DNA from: an uncultured Oscillospiraceae bacterium | GTDB lineage: Bacteria > Bacillota > Clostridia > Oscillospirales > Acutalibacteraceae | Assembly: GCA_949293315.1 (NCBI GenBank) | Contig: CASFCH010000055.1 | Span: 12,922-76,921 of the forward strand | Reading direction: 5' to 3' | DNA length: 64,000 nucleotides | Shown: positions 1 to 7,583 of the stretch, one piece after another | Layout: each line of letters opens with the position of its first letter | How positions within the stretch are numbered: the stretch's first letter is position 1 | Position numbers and translations under genes: made by a program | Notes under the pieces: generated by a model | Databases searched by the model: none | Told to the model about the DNA's origin: nothing | What the model saw: only the letters and a program-made list of their open reading frames with translations

Positions 1-1167
1 GCCGAGATGATCTCCGCCGTGGCCTTCTTTGGCCAGACGGAATTTCACCTGGGGGGAGAACAGTTTGAGCGCGCCTATGAGAAGAAGCAGGACTCCGCAT
101 GGGGGCGGACGTATCTGGCGGTCGACGACGCGGGGAATGCCGTTTCCACGATCGCATGCAACGACTACACGGTGAATTTTGACGGCAATGATGTCCCCAT
201 GAGCGGGATCGGCAATGTGGCCACGTGTCCGCACCGCCGCCGTCAGGGCGGCGTGCGCGCCTGTTTTGCCCGGGCGCTGGCCGATATGGCGGAGCAGGGA
301 CAGTATCTGTCCGCCCTGCACCCCTTTTCCAATTCCTACTATCAAAAATTCGGGTACGCCTCTGTGTCCCCGGTCGTCAAATACAGGATGCCCACCCGCC
401 ATATGCCGGCGGTGGATGCGGGATCGTTCCATCTCTTTGAACGGGGGAGCGATCCGCAGGAGCTGCGTGCCGTGTGGAATCGGTTTGCGGCGCGCTATAA
501 TCTGATGAGCGTCCGGTCCGACGCGGAGATGAAGCAGTACCGCGAATACGATCCCTATCACTCGGACCGCCAGCTCTATATTTACTACGGTCCCGGCGGG
601 GAGCCAAAGGCGTATGCCGCCTTCAAAAAGACGGCGTACAACGGTCGCCCGTCCATTGAGATCCCGCCGGAGGATCTTGCCTTTGCGGACGCGCAGGGCC
701 TGCGCGGGATTTTGTCCATTGCGGGCCGGTTCAGCGCCACCTATGAGTATGTGACCTTTGAACTGCCGCAGGAGTTTCCGCTGGAGCTCTGCCTGCCGGA
801 GATCGTCCTCGACTACCCGGCCATGGAAAAGCGCTACTGCGGCATGGCGCGTGTGACGGCGGTGGAACCGATCCTGAAGATGGCCGCCTGCCGCGGGAGC
901 GGGCGTGCCGTTATCGAGATTGAGGATAAGATGCTCCCGCACAACAGCGGCCGTTTTGCGGTACGCTTTACAGACGGAAAGTGTATCGCTGTGGAGCGGA
1001 CGGAGCGGGAGCCTGACCTGTGCCTGAGTATCGGGGACTTTACCGCGCTGATTCTCGGCATGTACGATCTGGACGCCTATCTCGACGCGCGCGGACTGAC
1101 GGTAAAAAATAACGCTCTATACGGCGTTTTTTATCGCAAGGGATGCCTGCTGCGGGATTTCTTTTAA
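1..1167 (+). CDS. GNAT N-acetyltransferase, Eis-like (GNAT plus SCP2-like C-terminal region); N-terminus probably runs off the window
   Basis: ORF 7..1167 stays open in frame back to position 1. It carries the acetyl-CoA motif RRRQGGVRACFARAL, and its ~390 aa length and layout fit the Eis family. Confidence 0.6.
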   Translation, partial: AEMISAVAFFGQTEFHLGGEQFERAYEKKQDSAWGRTYLAVDDAGNAVSTIACNDYTVNFDGNDVPMSGIGNVATCPHRRRQGGVRACFARALADMAEQGQYLSALHPFSNSYYQKFGYASVSPVVKYRMPTRHMPAVDAGSFHLFERGSDPQELRAVWNRFAARYNLMSVRSDAEMKQYREYDPYHSDRQLYIYYGPGGEPKAYAAFKKTAYNGRPSIEIPPEDLAFADAQGLRGILSIAGRFSATYEYVTFELPQEFPLELCLPEIVLDYPAMEKRYCGMARVTAVEPILKMAACRGSGRAVIEIEDKMLPHNSGRFAVRFTDGKCIAVERTEREPDLCLSIGDFTALILGMYDLDAYLDARGLTVKNNALYGVFYRKGCLLRDFF

Positions 1168-1182
1168 GGGGAGGGATTTGCA

Positions 1183-2189
1183 TGAGCATGTTTGATGTGA
1201 AGGAGGTCTACCGCGCGGATGAAAGGCGGTATGACGGTATGGAGTACCGCCGCTGCGGCCGCTCCGGCGTGCTGCTGAGCGCTGTTGCGCTCGGGCTGTG
1301 GCACAACTTCGGCGGCTATGACGTCTATGATAACGCGCGCGATATTGTCCGCCGGGCGTTCGACCTCGGCGTGACGTATTTGGATCTGGCCAACAATTAC
1401 GGGCCGCCGTTCGGCAGTGCGGAGGAGACGTTCGGCCGGATTCTGCGTCAGGATTTTTTACCTTATCGCGATGAGCTATTTATCGCGACCAAGGCGGGTT
1501 ACACCATGCAGCCGGGGCCGTATGGGCGCGGCGGATCGCGCAAATATCTGCTCGCCAGTCTGGATGCAAGCCTCAAGCGGATGGGGCTCGACTATGTGGA
1601 TCTGTTCTATCACCACTGCATGGATCCGGACACCCCGCTTGAGGAATCCATGGGCGCGCTGGCACAGGCTGTCCACAGCGGCAAGGCGCTGTACGTCGGC
1701 CTCTCCAACTATTCCCCGGAGCAGGCCGAAAGGGCAGTGCAGATTCTCGATTCCATGGGCGTCCACTGCCTGATCGAGCAGTCGCGCTACAACATGGTGG
1801 CCCGTGAGCCGGAACATGGATTGTTGCCCGTTCTGCGGGAGAACGGTGTGGGATTTTCCGCCTTCAGCCCGCTGGCGCAGGGAATCCTGACCGGTAAGTA
1901 TAACGACGGTATTCCGGATGAATCCCGCCTGCACGGTAAATCCATCTATCTGACAGCGGAAAAGCTTGCGCCGGTAATCGAGCGGACGCGCCGGCTGGGG
2001 GCGTTGGCCGCGCAGTCCGGCATCCCGCTGACGGAGCTGGCCCTGCGCTGGGCCCTGCGCGATCCGGCCGTCACCACACTGATCGTCGGTGCGCGCACAC
2101 CGGAGCAGTTGGAGCAGAATGTCCGTGCCGCGGCGGCGGGTCCGCTGGACCCGGCGCTCTTGGGGCAGATCGACGCGATTCTCGCATAG
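1183..2189 (+). CDS. Aldo/keto reductase (YghZ / Kv-beta-like)
   Basis: ORF 1143..2189. An internal ATG at 1183 follows a GGGAGGG RBS. AKR hallmarks are present (LGLWHNFG, DLANNYGP, GLSNYSPEQ). Confidence 0.85.
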
Positions 2190-2272
2190 GCAGAGACTTG
2201 TGCGCCCCGGTACGGGGGACTGTGAAAATATGAAAGTGAAAGTACAGCAGGATAGACGCTGAAAGCCTTTTG

Positions 2273-2301
2273 TTGACAAAAAAATTAAATTTATATATAA
2301 T
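2273..2301 (+). promoter_or_regulatory. Consensus sigma-70 promoter, copy 1 (TTGACA-17-TATAAT)
   Basis: TTGACA lies at 2273-2278, followed by a 17-nt spacer and TATAAT at 2296-2301. Confidence 0.65.
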
Positions 2302-2307
2302 AAAGAT

Positions 2308-2396
2308 ACAAGGAGCCGCCGGATGAACGGCTGGTTCCCCGCTCGATTTGACTAATCGCCGCATCTTGCTAGGGACTGGGCGGTTAGTCTTTTTTT
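2308..2396 (+). ncRNA. Candidate small RNA, copy 1 (antitoxin-like, convergent with the small ORF)
   Basis: It begins just downstream of the consensus promoter. It ends in the hairpin gactaatcgcc...ggcggttagtc followed by a 7-T run at 2390-2396, which overlaps the stop codon of the minus-strand ORF. Confidence 0.45.
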
Positions 2397-2458
2397 ATTG
2401 CTACTATGTAGCCGGTTGCGAACAGCAAAATCAGTGCCGCTGCAAGCATCAGCTCCAC
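2384..2458 (-). CDS. 24-aa hydrophobic peptide VELMLAAALILLFATGYIVAIKKD, copy 1 (type I toxin-like)
   Basis: GTG start sits 8 nt after GGAAGGAGGGAGG. The peptide has a single TM-like core and a charged KKD tail. It is identical in copy 2 despite three nucleotide changes. Confidence 0.55.
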   Translation of the reverse strand: MELMLAAALILLFATGYIVAIKKD

Positions 2459-2466
2459 GGGCAACA

Positions 2467-2502
2467 CCTCCCTCCTTCCGCAGACCGCGGGGAAGAAAGA
2501 GG
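2467..2502 (-). promoter_or_regulatory. 5' UTR hairpin sequestering the Shine-Dalgarno of the small ORF, copy 1
   Basis: CCTCTTTCTTCC pairs (with G-U pairs) against GGAAGGAGGGAGG around an inner CCGC/GCGG stem. The same element lies at 2808-2843 in copy 2. Confidence 0.45.
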
Positions 2503-2548
2503 AACCAACCGCTCACCGTTTTTCGGCAAACGCCTTGTATCATGGAAT

Positions 2549-2578
2549 AGTATAATAAAATTTTACCTTCCTGTACAA
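2549..2578 (-). promoter_or_regulatory. Putative promoter of small-ORF mRNA, copy 1
   Basis: On the minus strand, TTGTAC (2573-2578) is separated by an 18-nt spacer from TATACT (2549-2554). Confidence 0.4.
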
Positions 2579-2613
2579 TGCCGGGAGCATGGTTTTAAAC
2601 AATTCGAATATCA

Positions 2614-2642
2614 TTGACAAAAAAGATAAATTTGCATATAAT
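2614..2642 (+). promoter_or_regulatory. Consensus sigma-70 promoter, copy 2 (TTGACA-17-TATAAT)
   Basis: TTGACA lies at 2614-2619 and TATAAT at 2637-2642. Confidence 0.65.
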
Positions 2643-2648
2643 GAAGAT

Positions 2649-2737
2649 ACAAGGAGCCGCCGGATGAACGGCTGGTTCTCCACGTAAGTTTAGACTAATC
2701 GTCTCGTCTTAGCGGAGAGGGCGGTTAGTCTTTTTTT
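2649..2737 (+). ncRNA. Candidate small RNA, copy 2
   Basis: Architecture matches copy 1. The terminator gactaatcgtctc...gagagggcggttagtc is followed by a T-run at 2731-2737. Confidence 0.45.
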
Positions 2738-2799
2738 ATCGCGACGATGTAGCCGGTTGCGAACAGCAAAATCAGTGCCGCTGCAAGCATCAGCTCCAC
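2725..2799 (-). CDS. 24-aa hydrophobic peptide, copy 2 (identical amino-acid sequence)
   Basis: It has the same RBS and GTG start as copy 1. Codons ATC/GTC/GCG replace ATA/GTA/GCA, all synonymous. Confidence 0.55.
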   Translation of the reverse strand: MELMLAAALILLFATGYIVAIKKD

Positions 2800-2889
2800 G
2801 GGCAACACCTCCCTCCTTCCGCAGACCGCGGGGAAGAAAGAGGAACCAACCGCTCACCGTTTCTCGGAAAACGCCTTGTATCACGGAAT

Positions 2890-2919
2890 AGTATAATAAA
2901 ATTTTACCTCCCTGTACAA
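2890..2919 (-). promoter_or_regulatory. Putative promoter of small-ORF mRNA, copy 2
   Basis: TTGTAC lies at 2914-2919 and TATACT at 2890-2895 on the minus strand. Confidence 0.4.
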
Positions 2920-3010
2920 TGCCGGGAGCATCATCGCGGCTGAGGGCAGGCGATGATGCCCGGCTTTGGCATGATCTGTGCTTCGAAAGAGGGGCTTTTC
3001 CCGGAAAAAC

Positions 3011-3040
3011 TTGACACTGCCACCAGATATCGTGTAAAAT
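3011..3040 (+). promoter_or_regulatory. Putative promoter of the topoisomerase operon
   Basis: TTGACA at 3011-3016 is followed by an 18-nt spacer and TAAAAT at 3035-3040. Confidence 0.4.
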
Positions 3041-3111
3041 TTAATGGAACATACAAGATCATCCTGCACCGGGCGGTATCGCTGACGGTGCTGTTTTATG
3101 GAGGTTATTCC

Positions 3112-5100
3112 ATGGCAAAAACCGGCAGGGAATACGGGAACAATACGATCAAAAGCCTCAAGGGAGCCGACCGTGTCCGGAAGCGTCCGGCAGTCATCTT
3201 CGGCTCGGATGGGCTGGAGGGGTGTGAGCACTCCGCGTTTGAGATCCTCTCGAACTCGATTGACGAGGCGCGCGAGGGCTACGGCAAGCGCATCGAGGTC
3301 ACCCGCTATTCGGACGCCTCCATCGAGGTGCGCGACCGGGGGCGCGGCATTCCCGTGGATTACAACGAGAATGAAAAGAAATACAACTGGGAGCTCGTCT
3401 TCTGTGAGCTCTACGCCGGCGGCAAGTACAATACAAACGACGCCTCCGGGATGTATGAGTTCTCCCTCGGGCTGAACGGCTTGGGCCTGTGCGCTACGCA
3501 GTACGCCTCCGAGTATATGGATGCGGAGATCCACCGCGACGGCTTCTGCTATAAGCTGCATTTTGAAAAGGGCGAGCCCGTCGGCAAGATGGAAAAGGTC
3601 CCCTATTCCGGCAAGGACACCGGCACCCGCATCCGCTGGAAGCCGGACATCGCCGTTTTTACGGATATCAATATCCCGCTCGAATATTTTCAGGAGACGC
3701 TCAAGCGCCAGTCCGTCGTCAACGCAGGGGTGGAATTTATCCTCAAGTACGAGGGCGACGGCGCGCCGCAGACTTTTACCTATTGCTATAAAAACGGTAT
3801 TGAGGACTATGTAAAGGAATACGTCGGGGAGGATGCCCTCACCTCCGTGCAGATCTGGTCCACACAGCGCGTCGGACGGGATCGGGCGGACAAGCCGGAT
3901 TATAAAGTGGTCATCAACAGCGCCCTGTGCTTCTCCAATAAAAAGACGCTCAAGGAGTACTATCACAACTCTAGCTGGCTGGAGTACGGCGGCGCGCCGG
4001 AAAAGGCCGTGCGCAGCGCCTTTGTCTCCCAGTTCGACGCCTATCTCAAGCAGAGCGGCAAATACCTCAAGAGCGATGGGAAGATCACCTTCCAGGATAT
4101 TGAGGACTGCCTCGTGCTCGTGGTGTCTTCCTTCTCCACACAGACGTCGTATGAGAACCAGACCAAAAAGGCGATCAACAATAAATTTATCCAGGAGGCC
4201 ATGACGGATTTCTTCCGCCATCAGCTGGAGATCTATTTCATCGAGAATAAGCTGGATGCCGACAAGGCCGCCGATCAGGTGCTCATCAATATGCGCTCCC
4301 GCGTGCGCGCGGAGAGCACGCGCCAGAACCTGAAAAAGACGCTCCAATCCTCCAACGATCTGGCCAACCGCGTTCAGAAGTTTGTCGACTGCCGCAGCAA
4401 GGATGTCACTCGGCGCGAGCTCTTCATCGTGGAGGGCGATTCCGCGCTCGGCGCGTGTAAGCAGGCGCGCGACTCGGAGTTCCAGGCGATCATCCCCCTG
4501 CGCGGCAAGATTCTCAACTGCTTAAAGAGCGAGTACGCAAAGATCTTTAAGAGCGACGTCATCACGGATCTGGTCAAGGTACTCGGCTGCGGGGTGGAGA
4601 CGGGCGGCAAGGCCAGCAAGGAACTGGCCACCTTCAGCCTGGCCAATCTCCGCTGGGACAAGGTCATCATCTGTACCGATGCGGACGTGGACGGCTTCCA
4701 GATCCGCACGCTGGTGCTCACCATGATCTACCGCCTGATGCCCACATTGATCGAGCAGGGGCGTGTTTTCATTGCGGAGACGCCGCTCTATGAGATCACC
4801 CACAAGGGGGAGACGTGGTTCTGCTACACGGAGAGTGAGAAGTCGGCAGTCCTCAAAGAGCTTGGGGAAAAGGCGCGGCCGACCATCCAGCGCTCCAAGG
4901 GACTTGGTGAAAACGATGCGGACATGATGTCCCTCACCACGATGAATCCGTCCACGCGCCGACTGATCAAGGTTACGCCCGATAACGCCGAGGAGATGGC
5001 CCGCGAATTTGAAATGCTGCTTGGGAACGATTTGAACGCCCGTAAGGAGCACATCGCCAGCGACGGCCATCTCTATCTCGATTTGATTGACGTGAGCTGA
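3112..5100 (+). CDS. Type IIA DNA topoisomerase subunit B (GyrB/ParE family, ParE-like)
   Basis: ATG at 3112 follows a GGAGG RBS. GHKL ATPase and TOPRIM motifs are present (EGDSA, PLRGKILN, DADVDG). The N-terminus RKRPAVIFG is divergent. Confidence 0.85.
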   Translation: MAKTGREYGNNTIKSLKGADRVRKRPAVIFGSDGLEGCEHSAFEILSNSIDEAREGYGKRIEVTRYSDASIEVRDRGRGIPVDYNENEKKYNWELVFCELYAGGKYNTNDASGMYEFSLGLNGLGLCATQYASEYMDAEIHRDGFCYKLHFEKGEPVGKMEKVPYSGKDTGTRIRWKPDIAVFTDINIPLEYFQETLKRQSVVNAGVEFILKYEGDGAPQTFTYCYKNGIEDYVKEYVGEDALTSVQIWSTQRVGRDRADKPDYKVVINSALCFSNKKTLKEYYHNSSWLEYGGAPEKAVRSAFVSQFDAYLKQSGKYLKSDGKITFQDIEDCLVLVVSSFSTQTSYENQTKKAINNKFIQEAMTDFFRHQLEIYFIENKLDADKAADQVLINMRSRVRAESTRQNLKKTLQSSNDLANRVQKFVDCRSKDVTRRELFIVEGDSALGACKQARDSEFQAIIPLRGKILNCLKSEYAKIFKSDVITDLVKVLGCGVETGGKASKELATFSLANLRWDKVIICTDADVDGFQIRTLVLTMIYRLMPTLIEQGRVFIAETPLYEITHKGETWFCYTESEKSAVLKELGEKARPTIQRSKGLGENDADMMSLTTMNPSTRRLIKVTPDNAEEMAREFEMLLGNDLNARKEHIASDGHLYLDLIDVS

Positions 5101-5113
5101 GGAGGGTAAGAAT

Positions 5114-7354
5114 ATGGCAAGAAAAAAACAGGACCCCCGTCCCGCCAGGCAGGAGACAAACCCGAACGCCCACATCCTCGGCGCGGGCACCGTCGTGGAG
5201 CAGAAGATCACCGAGACGCTCGAGGTCAACTACATGCCCTACGCGATGAGCGTCATTCTCTCCCGCGCGATCCCGGAGATCGACGGCTTCAAGCCCTCGC
5301 ACCGCAAGCTGCTCTACACGATGTATAAGATGGGGCTTCTGAACGGCGGTCGCACCAAGTCCGCCAATATTGTGGGCACCACCATGCGCCTGAATCCGCA
5401 CGGCGACGCCGCCATCTATGATACGATGGTCCGCCTGTCCATGGGGTACGAGGCGCTGCTCCACCCCTATGTGGATTCCAAGGGCAACTTCGGCAAGGCG
5501 TACTCCCGCGATATGCAGTGGGCCGCCTCCCGTTATACGGAGGCCAGGCTCGCCGCCATCTCGCAGGAGCTCTTTTCCGATATTGATAAAAACACCGTCG
5601 ACTTTGTCGATAACTACGACGCCACCATGAAGGAACCCACCCTTTTGCCGGTGACATTCCCCTCCATCCTCGTCAACGCGAACACGGGCATCGCCGTCGG
5701 CATGGCGAGCTCCATTTGTTCCTTTAACTTGGCGGAGGTGTGCCATACGGCCATCGCCCTGATGCGCAACCCCGACCACGACGTGACGGACACGCTCAAA
5801 GCGCCCGATTTCACCGTGGGGGCCACCGTGCTCTATGACCGGGACGCCATCCGGAATGTGTATGAGACGGGCCGCGGCAGCATCCGCGTGCGCGGGAAGT
5901 ATGCGTACGACAAGGCGAATAACTGCATCGATATCACCGAGATTCCGCCCACCACAACCGTGGAGGCCATTATTGATAAGATCATCGAGAAGGTCAAGGC
6001 CAACGTGATCCGCGAGATAAATGATGTCCGCGACGAGACGGATAAGAGCGGCCTGAAGATCACGATCGACCTCAAGCGCGGCGCCAACCCCGAAAAGCTG
6101 ATGCAGAAAATCTATAAGATGACGCCGCTGGAGGACTCCTTTGCCTGCAACTTCAATGTACTGATAAACGGCGTGCCCCGTGTGCTCGGCGTTCGGGAAC
6201 TGCTGGGGGAGTGGACCGCCTTCCGTATGGGATGCGTCCGCCGCCGGACCCGGTTTGATCTGGACAAGGCGTCCTCTCGCCTGCACCTGCTCAAGGGACT
6301 GTCCAAGATCCTGCTCGATATCGACAAGGCGATCCGGATCATCCGGGAGACGGACGAGGAGAGCGAGGTCGTCCCGAACCTGATGATCGGCTTCGGCATT
6401 GACGAGACGCAGGCGGAGTACGTGGCGGAGATCAAGCTGCGCCACCTCAACCGTGAGTATATCCTCAAGCGCACCGCCGATATGGAGAGCCTGAAAAAAC
6501 AGATTGCAGAGCTGAAAGGCATTCTGGGCGACGATGAGAAGATCAAGGAGATCATCATCGGCGAGCTGGAGGAGGTCGTGCGCAAGTACGGCCAGCCGCG
6601 CAAAACCGATATCTGCTATGATCTGAGCGGGATTGATTCCGCCGCGGAAGAGGAGGAGATCCCGGACTATCAGGTGGATCTCACCTTCACGCGTGACGGC
6701 TACCTGAAAAAGGTGCCGGAGCTGAACGCCCGCCGCTCCACAGAGAACAAGCTGAAGGAGGGGGACGCGGTTGTCTACCGCGAGGTTGTCCCCAATACCA
6801 CGCAGCTGCTGTTCTTCACCGATAGGCAGCAGGTGTACAAGGCGCGTCTGAGCGACTTTGCCGATACCAAGATGAGCAATTTGGGCGAATATATCCCATC
6901 CGCGCTCGGCTTTGACCCGGAGGAGAAGGTCTTTGCCATGATCCCGCTGCAGAAGTACGAGGGATATATCATCTTTGTCTTTGAAAACGGCAAGCTGGCC
7001 AAGATCCCGGCGAGCTCCTATGAGACCAAGACGAACCGTAAAAAACTCATGAATGCCTATTCCGGCGCGTCGCCGCTTGTCAGCTGCCTGTATATCCCGG
7101 AGGACTGCGACCTGCTGATCTCCTCCACGTCGGGCAAGTATCTGATTCTGAATACAGCGCTCGTGCTGCCTAAGGCCACGCGCGATACGATCGGCGTCAA
7201 CGTCATGACGCAAAAGCGCAGCTGCGTCGTCAGCGAGGCGAAGGTCTTCACTCCCGGTGAGCTCTCCATGGATTACCGCTACCGGGCGCGCAAGCTCCCC
7301 TCCGCCGGCGTCATGCTCGCGGACGGGGACAATTCTGCGCAGCTTCACCTGTAA
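5114..7354 (+). CDS. Type IIA DNA topoisomerase subunit A (GyrA/ParC family, ParC-like)
   Basis: The active-site region AASRYTEARL is present. The protein is 746 aa, and I could not find a GyrA-box (QRRGGKG) in the C-terminal domain. Confidence 0.85.
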   Translation: MARKKQDPRPARQETNPNAHILGAGTVVEQKITETLEVNYMPYAMSVILSRAIPEIDGFKPSHRKLLYTMYKMGLLNGGRTKSANIVGTTMRLNPHGDAAIYDTMVRLSMGYEALLHPYVDSKGNFGKAYSRDMQWAASRYTEARLAAISQELFSDIDKNTVDFVDNYDATMKEPTLLPVTFPSILVNANTGIAVGMASSICSFNLAEVCHTAIALMRNPDHDVTDTLKAPDFTVGATVLYDRDAIRNVYETGRGSIRVRGKYAYDKANNCIDITEIPPTTTVEAIIDKIIEKVKANVIREINDVRDETDKSGLKITIDLKRGANPEKLMQKIYKMTPLEDSFACNFNVLINGVPRVLGVRELLGEWTAFRMGCVRRRTRFDLDKASSRLHLLKGLSKILLDIDKAIRIIRETDEESEVVPNLMIGFGIDETQAEYVAEIKLRHLNREYILKRTADMESLKKQIAELKGILGDDEKIKEIIIGELEEVVRKYGQPRKTDICYDLSGIDSAAEEEEIPDYQVDLTFTRDGYLKKVPELNARRSTENKLKEGDAVVYREVVPNTTQLLFFTDRQQVYKARLSDFADTKMSNLGEYIPSALGFDPEEKVFAMIPLQKYEGYIIFVFENGKLAKIPASSYETKTNRKKLMNAYSGASPLVSCLYIPEDCDLLISSTSGKYLILNTALVLPKATRDTIGVNVMTQKRSCVVSEAKVFTPGELSMDYRYRARKLPSAGVMLADGDNSAQLHL

Positions 7355-7399
7355 AAGCGTGTAAATGTAAAAGGCCGCCGTTAAAAAGAAAGATGTGCA

Positions 7400-7436
7400 G
7401 GGCCTCCGGCAGGTAATCGGCCGGAGGCCCCCTTTC
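7400..7436 (+). terminator. Hairpin terminator after the topoisomerase operon
   Basis: GGGCCTCCGGC...GCCGGAGGCCC forms an 11-bp stem. The T-tract (CCTTTC) is weak. Confidence 0.5.
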
Positions 7437-7442
7437 ATGCGG

Positions 7443-7471
7443 TTGCATTTTAATGGAGGAATATGTATAAT
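7443..7471 (+). promoter_or_regulatory. Putative promoter of the ZIP transporter gene
   Basis: TTGCAT-17-TATAAT, followed by a ~110-nt leader. Confidence 0.5.
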
Positions 7472-7583
7472 GTGGGTGTCACGCGTCTAAAACAAACATA
7501 GCAGAGGAATGCCGTGGCCCTTGCGGCCAAAACAAGCGGCACGCCGATCAGGGGGACGCACGCCTGATAGAAATGGATGGGCT

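Larger units (their letters stand above)
2273..2931. repeat. Tandem direct duplication: two 318-bp units (2273-2590 and 2614-2931, period 341 bp)
   Basis: By-eye alignment shows near identity except for a divergent block at 2336-2383 versus 2677-2724. Each unit carries the promoter, sRNA, terminator and small-ORF set listed below. Confidence 0.9.

Noticed and set aside
2352-2884. Track ORFs 2352..2543(-), 2690..2884(-) and 2348..2617(+) inside the duplicated module.
   Set aside because: They have no RBS and an Arg/Gly-rich composition. The inter-copy substitutions are non-synonymous in these frames but synonymous in the 24-aa frame, which has a strong SD.
2273-2931. Possibility that the tandem repeat is a CRISPR array or a minisatellite.
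   Set aside because: There are only two units of 318 bp with a 23-bp gap. The units contain promoters, a terminator and an ORF. There is no short repeat/spacer periodicity and no cas genes.
3112-7354. Labelling the topoisomerase pair gyrB/gyrA.
   Set aside because: I found no GyrA-box, the A subunit is short (746 aa), and the dnaA-dnaN-recF context is missing. I kept the family-level call with a ParE/ParC-like note rather than assigning a symbol.
4973-7438. Very long antisense ORFs opposite real genes. Examples are 4973..7438(-), 2881..4347(-), 31186..32967(-), 33366..35561(-), 37622..38959(-), 38893..40068(-), 40901..42760(-), 23407..24630(-), 51799..53316(+), 53723..55267(+) and 57671..59098(+).
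   Set aside because: These are shadow ORFs typical of high-GC DNA. Their products are Arg/Gly/Pro/His/Asp-rich low-complexity sequences without motifs. The opposite strand encodes proteins with clear family hallmarks.
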